Positions 41,081 to 50,930 of a stretch of DNA of 64,000 nt are shown piece by piece. The position numbers were made by a program, and so were the translations under genes. The notes beneath the pieces were generated by a model, which made no database searches, was not told where the DNA came from, and worked only from the letters and a program-made list of their open reading frames with translations. This DNA is from a virus. The stretch is from positions 3,008 to 67,007 of IMG/VR virus record IMGVR_UViG_3300006925_000014; one strand, written 5' to 3'. Within the stretch, counting starts at the first letter, position 1. Every line of letters starts with the position of its first letter.

Positions 41081-41455
41081 ATGACAACAACAATTTCAGG
41101 AACTTCACTCACAACAAATAATTTCACGCTCAGCGGAATCGGGTCAGGTAGTGCTGGTACGTCTACTGGTTCAACCACATGGGATGTATCGTCCACACAA
41201 ACACAAGTTGTAACTGCGTCTGGGGCAACTACTTTAACAATCACTAATGCTAGTTCAACACCAGTAGGCACTGGCTTTACGTTAATTATAATAGATGCTG
41301 CAAGTGCCAGTCTTACTATTTCAGCATCACCTACACCAAAGTATGTTGATGCTACAGCACCTGTTCTTAATGGCACTAGTGGAGAATATCTTATTATTGG
41401 CTTAGTTCATGTTGGCAGTGGTCAACTGTTAGTCACAAGCGTAACGGTTTCTTAA
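41081..41455 (+). CDS. Small S/T-rich fibre-tip protein
   Basis: GAGGA RBS; beta-rich 124-aa ORF. Confidence 0.6.
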   Translation: MTTTISGTSLTTNNFTLSGIGSGSAGTSTGSTTWDVSSTQTQVVTASGATTLTITNASSTPVGTGFTLIIIDAASASLTISASPTPKYVDATAPVLNGTSGEYLIIGLVHVGSGQLLVTSVTVS

Positions 41456-41456
41456 C

Positions 41457-43433
41457 ATGTTCGGTCTCTTTGGATATCCTGTGATGACTAATTTTAAGTC
41501 ATCCTTATGGGATGGCACTGCCAACTACCTTATCCTCGCAGGTGGCGGTGGAGGCGGTGGTGTTCTTGACGGTGGCGGAGGTGCTGGTGGTTATCGTACA
41601 TCATGGGGAACTGGCACTGACGGCACTGGCGGAAACTCTGGTGGATTAAGTTCTTTAGAAACTGCTCTAACTCTGACCAGCGGAACTGCTTATTCTATTA
41701 CTGTAGGTCAAGGTGGTCAAGGCGGTCTAGGTTGGAATGCCAGCACTAATGTACAAGGATATCCGGGTAGAACTTCATCTATCTCTGGAAGTGATATTAC
41801 TACTGTAACAACTACGGGTGGTGGTTACGGAGCTAGACACAGTAACCTTCCCGGCGGATCAGGTGGTTCTGCTGGTGGTTCGTCTACTCTGAGTGCCACT
41901 AGAACTGCTGGGGTATCAGGAGAAGGTTCTGCTGGCGGTAGAGGTGCTACAACCAATAGCACCACTAATGGTTCCGGTGGAGGCGGCGGTGGTGCCGGAG
42001 CAGTTGGTGCTGATGGTGGAACCACATTAGGTGGTAATGGCGGAGGTGGTCTTGCTTCTACAATTACTGGCACATCTATTGCCCGTGCTGGCGGTGGCGG
42101 AGGTGGACATAGAAATGCTGGTAATTCATCCACGTCCTCCCAAGGCGGTGACGGCGGTGGTGGTTCTGGTGGTTTCTTATCTGTAGCTTCTGTAGCATGG
42201 AACGATACACTTAATACTTCTTCAGCGACTCACGGACGTTCTGGATACGGTGGTGGAGGTGGTGGAGGTGGTTATAATACACCAGCTGATACTACCATAC
42301 AAGGCGGTAATGGTGGCTCTGGCACTGTCATTTTAAGACTTCCTAGAGAGGCAGACTACCATGCTACCGGGTTAGCACATGACGTAAGCTCTGCTAGTAA
42401 CTGCACGGCAACATATTCAGCAGCTTCTGATGGTTCTGGCGACCACGTTATCACGTTTACAGTAGATACAGAAGATCCTTATGACGGTGTAAATGCTAAC
42501 GATGGTACATGTACATGGACGCCTATTATGTCTCCAAGGTCCGTTATCTCCGCCGCTGAGTTTCTGCTTGTTGGCGGAGGTGGCAGCGGTGGTCAAGTCA
42601 CGGTCGGCTCTGGCGGCGGTGGCGCTGGAGGAATGGTTGTTGGAACCAATCAATCTCTCTTAACTGGACAACCATACTCAATTGTGATTGGCAACGGTGG
42701 TGCCACACAAGCAAATGGCGGAAACTCCACTTTCAGTTTCAATAGTCTTGTCGCCACAGGTGGTGGTCGAGGCGGCGCATTCTATCAGTACAACAGTGTT
42801 GATGCTGGGGTAGCTGGTGGTTCCGGTGGCGGTGGTGCTTCTGGTTATCAAACTGGCAGTAGGGGTGGTGGATCGGGTAATCAAAACAGTTATTCTTCTC
42901 TTACTGGCATCACAGGTTACGGTAACAATGGTGCCACCGGACCTGCATGGAATGGAGGATACTTTGGCGGCGGTGGCGGTGGCGCTAATGGTTCTGGCAG
43001 TGCTGGTAATACTGGTAGTCATATAGCAGGTAATGGTGGTGCTGGTAAACAATGGGTTGTGGATTCACAATATTATGCTGGCGGCGGTGGCGGTAGTGCT
43101 TATATTGACAACGGTCAAGGTGGCACTATAACCGGAGGAACTGGTGGTATTGGTGGCGGCGGAAATGGTAGACAAAGACAAGATGGCGGGTCTGTAACAC
43201 AGGAAACAACTCCGGGAACTGATAATACTGGTGGCGGCGGTGGCGGCGGAAGTGATGGCGGCTCTGGCGTATTTAAAATCTGGATACCTGTTGCTAACTA
43301 CACTAGCTATGTTCTCGGCTCTGAACTAACCGAAAGTGTAACTCAGCAGGTCACATATAACAGCGTTGATGGCACATTAATCACGATCACTGCAAGCACT
43401 GGCACATCCACAAATACGATTACGTTTCAATGA
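41457..43433 (+). CDS. Protein with two tandem glycine-rich domains
   Basis: YLILAGGGGGG..GGGAGGY and FLLVGGGGSGG..GGGGAGG starts; GGNGGSGTVILR and GGSGVFKI ends. Confidence 0.75.
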   Translation: MFGLFGYPVMTNFKSSLWDGTANYLILAGGGGGGGVLDGGGGAGGYRTSWGTGTDGTGGNSGGLSSLETALTLTSGTAYSITVGQGGQGGLGWNASTNVQGYPGRTSSISGSDITTVTTTGGGYGARHSNLPGGSGGSAGGSSTLSATRTAGVSGEGSAGGRGATTNSTTNGSGGGGGGAGAVGADGGTTLGGNGGGGLASTITGTSIARAGGGGGGHRNAGNSSTSSQGGDGGGGSGGFLSVASVAWNDTLNTSSATHGRSGYGGGGGGGGYNTPADTTIQGGNGGSGTVILRLPREADYHATGLAHDVSSASNCTATYSAASDGSGDHVITFTVDTEDPYDGVNANDGTCTWTPIMSPRSVISAAEFLLVGGGGSGGQVTVGSGGGGAGGMVVGTNQSLLTGQPYSIVIGNGGATQANGGNSTFSFNSLVATGGGRGGAFYQYNSVDAGVAGGSGGGGASGYQTGSRGGGSGNQNSYSSLTGITGYGNNGATGPAWNGGYFGGGGGGANGSGSAGNTGSHIAGNGGAGKQWVVDSQYYAGGGGGSAYIDNGQGGTITGGTGGIGGGGNGRQRQDGGSVTQETTPGTDNTGGGGGGGSDGGSGVFKIWIPVANYTSYVLGSELTESVTQQVTYNSVDGTLITITASTGTSTNTITFQ

Positions 43434-43452
43434 TAAATATGTTACAAAGAAC

Positions 43453-44119
43453 AGGTAAAGATAAATGAGTACATTAGCCACTACAAATATAAAAAATCCA
43501 AGTTCAGGCACAAACAACATTGTTCTGAATACGGATGGAACTGTTGCTGTTGATAATTTAAATATTGATGGTAATTTAAGTGTAGAGAATGGTGTAATAA
43601 AATTACCTGCTCTCGCAAGTGATCCATCAAGTCCTACCTCTGGAGATTTATACTATAACACAACTGACAATGCAATTAAGCATTATAATGGTACAATTTG
43701 GAGTGGTCCAGCTTCTGTTATATTTGAGGCTGGAAGATCAGCAGGTCATGTGAGTGCTACCAATGTCGTTTTATGGGACGACGTTTCAATAAACATTGGA
43801 AGTCACTACGATGCAAGCACTGGTAGGTTTACGGCTCCAACTGATGGTATATACGAGTTTCATTGGGGCGGAATTAAAAATAACCAAGCCGGTGTAGTAC
43901 GGTTATATTTAAGAAAAAATGGTACTCAGATAAAGCAAAATAGGTTGTCAGACGGTGATATTTACAACGGGGCAGTTTGGAGTATGTATTTATCACTCAA
44001 TGCGTCAGACTATGTAGACGTATACCTTTCAGAAGGCACCTTATTCGGCACCTTTAGTATATATAACACTTTCGGTGGTAGACTCATAGGATAATAAAAT
44101 AGGTAAAGATAAATGAGTA
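43453..44119 (+). repeat. 19-bp direct repeat bracketing the C1q gene
   Basis: aggtaaagataaatgagta at 43453-43471 and 44101-44119. Confidence 0.9.
43465..44094 (+). CDS. C1q-domain receptor-binding protein
   Basis: NIGSHYD.STGRFTAP.DGIYEF, LRKNG, L.LNASDYVDVY and TFGGRLIG motifs. Confidence 0.8.
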   Translation: MSTLATTNIKNPSSGTNNIVLNTDGTVAVDNLNIDGNLSVENGVIKLPALASDPSSPTSGDLYYNTTDNAIKHYNGTIWSGPASVIFEAGRSAGHVSATNVVLWDDVSINIGSHYDASTGRFTAPTDGIYEFHWGGIKNNQAGVVRLYLRKNGTQIKQNRLSDGDIYNGAVWSMYLSLNASDYVDVYLSEGTLFGTFSIYNTFGGRLIG

Positions 44120-44134
44120 AAGCAAAAGATGTAG

Positions 44135-44142
44135 TATAAATA
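44135..44142 (+). promoter_or_regulatory. T4-type late promoter
   Basis: TATAAATA upstream of gp16. Confidence 0.75.
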
Positions 44143-44174
44143 CTTAAAAATATAGGATTTTTTGTGGTTTTTAA

Positions 44175-44576
44175 ATGAAACAGGATAGTGATCAAATGAC
44201 TGAAATTGTAGAAAAGAATGATGTTACAGATGATTACAATTTTGCCAGAGACCAATACTATGAACTGGCATCAAAAGGGTCAGAAGCTTTAGACATGATG
44301 ATGGAAGTTGCCCGTGAGATGGAACACCCACGGGCATTTGAGGTCTTATCAACAATGCTTAAAAATAATGCCGACATTGTTGATAAGATGATGGACCTTC
44401 AAAAGAAGAAAGTAGACCTTGCAAAACCACAGGAAAAAGAGCAAAAGGCTCTTACACAAAATAATGTATTTGTAGGTTCCACAGCAGAATTACAAAAAAT
44501 GCTACGTGGAGATGGAGAAAAGGTGATTGAAAATGATTATGACAGAATTGACAAAGGGGATATTCAAACTCCTTAA
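44175..44576 (+). CDS. gp16: Terminase small subunit
   Basis: DY.FAR..YY.L, HPRAFEV and NNVFVGSTAELQKML motifs. Confidence 0.92.
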   Translation: MKQDSDQMTEIVEKNDVTDDYNFARDQYYELASKGSEALDMMMEVAREMEHPRAFEVLSTMLKNNADIVDKMMDLQKKKVDLAKPQEKEQKALTQNNVFVGSTAELQKMLRGDGEKVIENDYDRIDKGDIQTP

Positions 44577-44778
44577 AAGACTCATTGGCGAGTCTAGTAT
44601 TGCATTAGCAATCATTTATACTATTGGGCATATCTTTATTGCCACAATCTGCAACTGGTTAATTACAGGTGCAGCTATGGAGTTAGCGGCTATTGATGCA
44701 ATTGTAGAACCCATCATTAATGGGATTTGGTTCTATCTACTCCATAAACTAGCAAAAAGATTTATAAAAAATGAATGA
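44533..44778 (+). CDS. Small membrane protein, DUF2061-like
   Basis: LAIIYTIGHI.IA..A..AIVEP.IN.IWFY.LH; start uncertain (44527, 44533 or 44539). Confidence 0.6.
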   Translation: MIMTELTKGIFKLLKRLIGESSIALAIIYTIGHIFIATICNWLITGAAMELAAIDAIVEPIINGIWFYLLHKLAKRFIKNE

Positions 44779-46357
44779 AAAACAAACGTATCTTGGTAAT
44801 TCCCAAGTAAAAAGAGATGGTGTTCAGCATGAATGGACAGAGGAACTTAAAGCAGAATACAGAAGGTGTATGCTTGATCCAGTATACTTTGCAGAAACAT
44901 ATGGCAAGGTAATTCATCTTGATAAAGGATTAGTACCATTTAAACTATACCCTTATCAAAAAGAAATGTTTAAGCATTTTAAGGATAATAGATTTTCTGT
45001 AGTATTGGCATGTAGACAGTCTGGTAAGTCTATCTCTTCCTGTATGTACATTCTCTGGTTTGCACTATTTCATCCTACTAAAACTGTTGCAGTACTAGCA
45101 AACAAAGGTGCAACTGCTAGAGAAATGCTTTCTCGTATTACTCTCGCACTAGAAAATGTTCCGTTCTTCTTGCAACCGGGAACCAGAGCATTAAACAAAG
45201 GTTCTATTGAATTCTCTAATAATTCTAGAATCATTGCAGCTGCAACATCTGGTTCATCTATCCGTGGTCTTTCCATTAACCTTTTGTTTCTGGATGAGTT
45301 TGCATTTGTAGAAGATGCTGCTACATTCTATACTTCCACCTATCCTGTTGTAACTGCTGGTGAAGAAACAAAAGTAATTATTACCTCTACAGCAAATGGT
45401 GTAGGTAATCAATTCCATAAAATTTATGAAAGTGCTGTTCAAGGTACAAGTGAATATAAACCATTCCGTGTAGATTGGTGGGATGTTCCGGGTCGTGATG
45501 AAAAGTGGAAGAAACAAACTATCTCAAATACTTCAGAACTACAGTTCCAGCAAGAATATGGTAATACGTTCTTTGGTACAGGTAACACTTTGATTAGTGG
45601 TGATGCACTATTAAATATGCGATCATCATTACCTATAGAACAACATGAAAATATTAAAGTTTATGAACACCCTATCCCTAAACACGATTATGTTCTTGCA
45701 GTAGATGTATCAAAGGGAAGAAACTTAGACTATTCAACTTTTAACATTATTGATATTTCTACTAGACCATTTAAACAAGTCTGTACTTATAGAAGTAATA
45801 AGATTTCTCCTATCCTATTTCCAAATATTATTCATAAATGGGCATTAAAATATAATGAGGCTTATGTACTGGTAGAATCAAATGATGCAGGTTCTGTAGT
45901 AGCTAATGGTCTTTACTATGATATTGAGTATGAGAATGTGCATGTAGAGTCTATGATTAAAGCAAACTCTATTGGCATTACTATGAATAGAAAAGTAAAA
46001 CGTATTGGTTGTTCTAACTTTAAAGACTTGATTGAAGAAAAAAGATTAATTTTACATGATATGGATACTATTGCAGAATGTTCTACTTTTGAATCAAAAG
46101 GTGACTCTTATGAAGCAACAGATGGCAACCATGATGACTTAGTAATGAATTTAGTATTATTTTCGTTTTATGTTGGTACAGATTTCTTCACAGAATTAAC
46201 AGATGTAAAGATTAAAGAAATGTTATACCAACAAAGAATTAGAGAGATTGAAGATGAAATTGTGCCTGTGGGAATTTTTGATGATGCAACTGAAGAAGAA
46301 AAAGGTGAATCCATTGATGGTGACGTTTGGTTTACTCAAAGAACAGAAATGTTCTAA
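44771..46357 (+). CDS. gp17: Terminase large subunit
   Basis: LYPYQ, RQSGKS (Walker A), FLDEFAF (Walker B), ITSTANG, DYS and HDDLVM motifs. Confidence 0.97.
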   Translation: MNEKQTYLGNSQVKRDGVQHEWTEELKAEYRRCMLDPVYFAETYGKVIHLDKGLVPFKLYPYQKEMFKHFKDNRFSVVLACRQSGKSISSCMYILWFALFHPTKTVAVLANKGATAREMLSRITLALENVPFFLQPGTRALNKGSIEFSNNSRIIAAATSGSSIRGLSINLLFLDEFAFVEDAATFYTSTYPVVTAGEETKVIITSTANGVGNQFHKIYESAVQGTSEYKPFRVDWWDVPGRDEKWKKQTISNTSELQFQQEYGNTFFGTGNTLISGDALLNMRSSLPIEQHENIKVYEHPIPKHDYVLAVDVSKGRNLDYSTFNIIDISTRPFKQVCTYRSNKISPILFPNIIHKWALKYNEAYVLVESNDAGSVVANGLYYDIEYENVHVESMIKANSIGITMNRKVKRIGCSNFKDLIEEKRLILHDMDTIAECSTFESKGDSYEATDGNHDDLVMNLVLFSFYVGTDFFTELTDVKIKEMLYQQRIREIEDEIVPVGIFDDATEEEKGESIDGDVWFTQRTEMF

Positions 46358-46368
46358 AATCAGATATT

Positions 46369-46376
46369 TATAAATA
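46369..46376 (+). promoter_or_regulatory. T4-type late promoter
   Basis: Intergenic TATAAATA upstream of gp18. Confidence 0.8.
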
Positions 46377-46448
46377 TTATTGTTGTTTTGACTATTCTTA
46401 TCATGGGTAACTTATTATTAATTCAAACGAAAAAAAGGAAGACCGAAA

Positions 46449-48260
46449 ATGGCTTTTTTCACGCCTTCACTGTCTCCAGCTGTAGTAACCCGTGAGATTG
46501 ATCTCACTGGAATTGTCCCTAACGTAGCCACATCGACGGGTGTGATCGTAGGTAACTTTCGCTGGGGTCCGGTTGAACAACCGACTGAAGTAGATAACGA
46601 AGCAAGACTTGTTTCTTTGTTTGCCTCTCCTGACACAAATAACACAGTAGATTTTAACTCTGCTGCATATTTTACCAAATACTCCCAAGAACTTTTAGTT
46701 GTTCGGGAAGTAACAGATGCTGCTAAAAACGCATTCTATGACGACTCTGGGGCATGGACTGATGCTGGTTCCAGAACAGCACGTCTTATTAAGAATGGTG
46801 CAGATTGGGATAACACAATCTCGGCGGCAGATAGTGATACTCACTCATTCATTGGCAAGTACCCCGGTGCACTTGGCAACAGTATTCAGGTTCAAGTCTG
46901 TCCATACAGTGCAACGGACTCTGCCTTCACTGGTTGGTCTGGTAACCTGAATTTAGAATTTGATGCTGCTCCTGATATGTCTCAGTTTGCAGCAAGTCAA
47001 ATTGGTGCAGACTCTATTGGTGTTAGCAAGGTACATGATGAAGTTCATGTTGCTATCATTGATAAAGAAGGATTGTTTAGTGGTCAAGTAGGTGGTGTTC
47101 TTGAAACATTCCCATTCCTTTCCCTTGCATCTAATGCAAAGAATGCAGACGGTTCTACAAACTACATTGCAGACGTACTGAACACTCAGTCCAAGTATGT
47201 TTGGCTTGCTAATGCAGCTAACCTTGACTCTGCATTTAATGCAGCAGGTGCTGGTACTGATCTTGTAGATTCTGCTGATGACTATTCCCTGACTGGTTCT
47301 GCACAGACAGTACAAACCTATAACCTTTCTGGTGGTAAAAACTCTGGCTCTCTTGGTACTTCTGAGATTGCAACAGGTTTTGACACAATCAAAGATGTTG
47401 ATGCATATCAGGTAGATTTCCTGATTGCTCCACACAACGCTGGTTCTGATGCACAGGCAGTTACTGATCATGTTACAGTTATTAACAACATGACAAGTAT
47501 TGCTGCTGTAACTCGTAAGGACTGTGTAGTTGTAGCATCCCCACCAAAAGGTGTGTTGACAAGTGTTGACCCTGTAGGCGATACTGTAACATTTGCTAAC
47601 AGGCTTACAAATAGTTCCTACTGTTTCTTGGATAACAACTATCTGAAAGTCTTTGACAAGTATAATGACCAGTACATTACCATCCCGGCAGCTTCCTCTA
47701 CCGCTGGTCTGATGGCTCAAACAGACTTTACCACAGCACCTTGGTTCTCCCCTGCGGGTACAAGAAGAGGTATCTACTTTGGCGTAACAGATATCTTACA
47801 CTCACCTGATAAGGGTGAAAGAGATACCCTGTACAGAGCCAATGTAAACCCAATTACTAACCTTCCCGGCACAGGCATTACCTTGTTTGGTGACAAGACC
47901 ATGCTGCGCAGACCTTCTGCATTTGACAGAATTAACGTGCGCAGACTGTTCCTGACACTGGAAAGAGCAATTTCCAGTGCTGCTAGACAGGTTCTCTTTG
48001 AGTTTAACGACGAATTCACCAGAGCAGAATTCGTAAATATCGTTGAACCTTTCCTGAGAGAAGTAAAGGGTCGTCGTGGTATCACTGATTTCAGAGTAGT
48101 TTGTGACGAAACAAACAACACACCTGAGATTATTGATCGCAATGAATTCATTGCTACTATCTTCATTAAGCCTGCTCGCTCGATCAACTTTGTTACTCTT
48201 AACTTTGTTGCTACTCGTACCGGCGTAGACTTTGAAGAAGTAGTTGGTCTGTCATTCTAA
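46449..48260 (+). CDS. gp18: Tail sheath protein
   Basis: SPAV..REIDLT, PWFSPAG..RG, FDRINVRRLF, FEFND and IKPARSINF motifs. Confidence 0.97.
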   Translation: MAFFTPSLSPAVVTREIDLTGIVPNVATSTGVIVGNFRWGPVEQPTEVDNEARLVSLFASPDTNNTVDFNSAAYFTKYSQELLVVREVTDAAKNAFYDDSGAWTDAGSRTARLIKNGADWDNTISAADSDTHSFIGKYPGALGNSIQVQVCPYSATDSAFTGWSGNLNLEFDAAPDMSQFAASQIGADSIGVSKVHDEVHVAIIDKEGLFSGQVGGVLETFPFLSLASNAKNADGSTNYIADVLNTQSKYVWLANAANLDSAFNAAGAGTDLVDSADDYSLTGSAQTVQTYNLSGGKNSGSLGTSEIATGFDTIKDVDAYQVDFLIAPHNAGSDAQAVTDHVTVINNMTSIAAVTRKDCVVVASPPKGVLTSVDPVGDTVTFANRLTNSSYCFLDNNYLKVFDKYNDQYITIPAASSTAGLMAQTDFTTAPWFSPAGTRRGIYFGVTDILHSPDKGERDTLYRANVNPITNLPGTGITLFGDKTMLRRPSAFDRINVRRLFLTLERAISSAARQVLFEFNDEFTRAEFVNIVEPFLREVKGRRGITDFRVVCDETNNTPEIIDRNEFIATIFIKPARSINFVTLNFVATRTGVDFEEVVGLSF

Positions 48261-48285
48261 ACCGCTTAACTAAGGAGATATAAAG

Positions 48286-48813
48286 ATGGCTATTCTTGGA
48301 GTTGATGACTTCAAAGCAAAACTGAAAGGTGGCGGTGCTAGACCTAATTTATTCAAGGCAACGATCAACTTTCCCGGTTATGCAAACGGTAATGTAGAAC
48401 TTACCTCTTTCATGTGTAGAGCAGCACAACTTCCTGCTTCAGTAATGTCTGAAATCATTGTACCATTCCGTGGTCGTGAGTTGAAGATTGCTGGTGACAG
48501 AACGTTTGAAATCTGGTCGCCTACAATTATCAACGATACAGACTTTGCTGTAAGAGATGCAATGGAACGTTGGATGAATGGGATCAATGCCCATTCTGAC
48601 AATAGTGGTCTTACAAACCCTGTAGACTACCAAGCTGATCTTATTGTAGAGCAACTTGATAGAGATGGTTCTACTATCAAGACCTACAACTTTAGAGGTT
48701 GTTTCCCAACAAACGTTTCTCCAATTGATCTGTCCTATGATCCGGCAGCAGCAATTGAAGAATTTACTGTAGACTTCCAAGTCCAGTATTGGGAATCTAA
48801 TACAACATCCTAA
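48286..48813 (+). CDS. gp19: Tail tube protein
   Basis: GGGARPNLF, VPFRGR.LKIAGDRTF, WMNGIN and IEEFTV.F motifs. Confidence 0.97.
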   Translation: MAILGVDDFKAKLKGGGARPNLFKATINFPGYANGNVELTSFMCRAAQLPASVMSEIIVPFRGRELKIAGDRTFEIWSPTIINDTDFAVRDAMERWMNGINAHSDNSGLTNPVDYQADLIVEQLDRDGSTIKTYNFRGCFPTNVSPIDLSYDPAAAIEEFTVDFQVQYWESNTTS

Positions 48814-48820
48814 CAGGATG

Positions 48821-48853
48821 ACTAAATAGGGGGGAGAATACACTCTCCCCTAT
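48821..48853 (+). promoter_or_regulatory. Late-promoter variant (ACTAAATA) followed by a GC hairpin upstream of the portal gene
   Basis: ACTAAATA at 48821-48828, then GGGGAGA-atacac-TCTCCCC with only a weak U tract. Confidence 0.5.
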
Positions 48854-48873
48854 ACTATTTTCGGAGAAAAGTT

Positions 48874-50412
48874 TTGGCTGAAAGTGATACTAGTTTAAAG
48901 TTGTTTGGTTTTGAAATCAAACGGCAGAAGCAGAAAGAAAAAGAATCATTACCATCTGTGGTTCCACCTATGGACCAAGATGGTTCTGGCTATGTTACTG
49001 CATCTGGAACACACTATGGTTCCTTTGTAGACCTTAGTGGTGAGCAAGCCAAAGATGATAAAGATTTAGTTAGAAAGTATCGCACAGTTGCAATGCATCC
49101 TGAAGTAGATGCTGCTGTTGAAGATATTGTTAATGAAGTTATTTCTGGTGAAGATGAAGTTATTGAATTGAATATGGATGAAGTTGAGACTTCCGATTCA
49201 ATCAAAAAACAAATCAAAGAAGAATTTGAGAATATTGCGGGTATGCTTGACTTCAAGAACTATGCTCATGATATTTTCCGTAGGTACTATGTTGATGGTA
49301 GAATGTATCACCATCTGGTTATTGATCCTGCAAGACCACAAGAGGGTATTCAGGAAATCAGACCTATTGATGCACTGAAAATCCGTAAAGTAAAAGAGAT
49401 TAAGAAAGAGAAAGACCCTAAGACTGGTGTTGAACTTGTTAAGACAGTCAATGAGTATTTCTTATATTCTGAAAACAATCAAACAACATACTCTTCTACT
49501 ATGAAGGGTGGAACTACTGTTAAGATTTTTCCTGATGCTATTAGTTATGTAACAAGTGGACTATTAGATCATTCTCGTAAAAAAGTAGTTTCATATTTAC
49601 ATAAAGCACTCAAGCCTATTAACCAATTGCGTATGATGGAAGATGCACTGGTTATTTACAGACTTGCCCGTGCACCTGAAAGACGTATCTTTTATGTTGA
49701 CGTAGGTAACTTACCTAGAAACAAGGCAGAACAATACCTTAAAGATATCATGACCAGATACAGAAATAAACTGGTATATGATGCTAACACAGGTGATATT
49801 AAAAATGAGTCCAAGCATATGTCTATGCTGGAAGACTTCTGGTTGCCAAGACGTGAAGGTAACAGAGGAACAGAAATCTCTACACTTCCGGGTGGTGATA
49901 ACTTAGGTCAGATTGAAGATATTATATACTTCCAAAAGAAACTTTACAAGTCCCTTAATGTACCAGTTGGTAGACTAGACCCTGAACAGAATGCAAGTGG
50001 CATTCTTGGTAGGACTACAGAAATTACCAGAGATGAATTTAAATTTCAAAAATTTGTAGAAAGATTGCGTCGTAAATTTAGTGAATTGTTCTACAATATT
50101 TTAAAGAAACAATTGATTTTAAAAGGTATTATTACAGAAGAGGATTGGGAAGAGTGGAAGTATAATATTACTGTAGAATATATTAGTGATAACTACTTTA
50201 CAGAACTCAAAGATTCAGAAATTCTCCGAGAAAGAATTAATATGCTCAGAGAGTTAGAGCCATATGTTGGAGTATTCTATTCTAAAGAGTGGACTCAGAA
50301 GAATGTTTTGATGTTATCGGATGATGACATTAAGCAAATGAAGAAAGAGATTGAAGATGAAGTAAAATCTGGCGAAGTCCCTGATCCAGACAAAGAAGAA
50401 CCAGAAAACTAA
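48874..50412 (+). CDS. gp20: Portal protein (TTG start)
   Basis: GGAG RBS; LFGFEI, NQLRMMEDALVIYRLARAPERRIFYVDVGNLP and EDFWLPRREG motifs. Confidence 0.97.
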   Translation: MAESDTSLKLFGFEIKRQKQKEKESLPSVVPPMDQDGSGYVTASGTHYGSFVDLSGEQAKDDKDLVRKYRTVAMHPEVDAAVEDIVNEVISGEDEVIELNMDEVETSDSIKKQIKEEFENIAGMLDFKNYAHDIFRRYYVDGRMYHHLVIDPARPQEGIQEIRPIDALKIRKVKEIKKEKDPKTGVELVKTVNEYFLYSENNQTTYSSTMKGGTTVKIFPDAISYVTSGLLDHSRKKVVSYLHKALKPINQLRMMEDALVIYRLARAPERRIFYVDVGNLPRNKAEQYLKDIMTRYRNKLVYDANTGDIKNESKHMSMLEDFWLPRREGNRGTEISTLPGGDNLGQIEDIIYFQKKLYKSLNVPVGRLDPEQNASGILGRTTEITRDEFKFQKFVERLRRKFSELFYNILKKQLILKGIITEEDWEEWKYNITVEYISDNYFTELKDSEILRERINMLRELEPYVGVFYSKEWTQKNVLMLSDDDIKQMKKEIEDEVKSGEVPDPDKEEPEN

Positions 50413-50417
50413 ATTAT

Positions 50418-50425
50418 TATAAATA
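50418..50425 (+). promoter_or_regulatory. T4-type late promoter
   Basis: Intergenic TATAAATA. Confidence 0.8.
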
Positions 50426-50455
50426 TTACTACGAAATTTATTTTGAGGCAAACAA

Positions 50456-50662
50456 ATGACTGAAATCGTTGATTTTTTGAATAATGTTACTACTAAGAAC
50501 TTTGTTGAAGCAGAAAAGCAATTCTCTGAGTTGCTTAATGATAAACTTGCGACTCGTCTAGATGATGAGAAGATCAAGGTTGCTTCCAAGGTTTTTAATA
50601 ATGTTTCTGATGATGTAGAACCAGAAACTGAATCAGAAGAAGTGGCAGATGAAGACGTTTAA
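50456..50662 (+). CDS. Prohead core protein, gp67-like
   Basis: Small acidic ORF between gp20 and gp21; GAGG RBS. Confidence 0.6.
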   Translation: MTEIVDFLNNVTTKNFVEAEKQFSELLNDKLATRLDDEKIKVASKVFNNVSDDVEPETESEEVADEDV

Positions 50663-50930
50663 AGAGTTTAGTCTCAACATCATTCCAAAAGGACACAAGA
50701 TGGTTAAGGTCTTGCAGTCCAAAGATGGTGAAGTCATGATTACTAAAAAAGATAATAAATTTAATATTATGTTTGATAATCAGACTGTAGACACAGAGGA
50801 CAATGAGCGGGATGCTATGAAGTCTGCCCGCAACTTTATTCAAATGATGAATAAGTCTAAAGGTTCTGGTGGAATGTCTACTAAAAATATTGGCGGTAAA
50901 AGAGCAGGTACAGGTGGATACTTCAAATGA
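50649..50930 (+). CDS. Prohead core/internal head protein (gp68 position)
   Basis: Synteny; MKTFKEF start resembles the T4 capsid-targeting sequence MKTYQEF. Confidence 0.5.
   Translation: MKTFKEFSLNIIPKGHKMVKVLQSKDGEVMITKKDNKFNIMFDNQTVDTEDNERDAMKSARNFIQMMNKSKGSGGMSTKNIGGKRAGTGGYFK

Noticed and set aside
35513-44094. Diversity-generating retroelement or invertible tail-fibre switch
   Set aside because: No reverse transcriptase, no template/variable repeat pair with adenine-specific mismatches, and no invertase or inverted cassettes were seen in the window.
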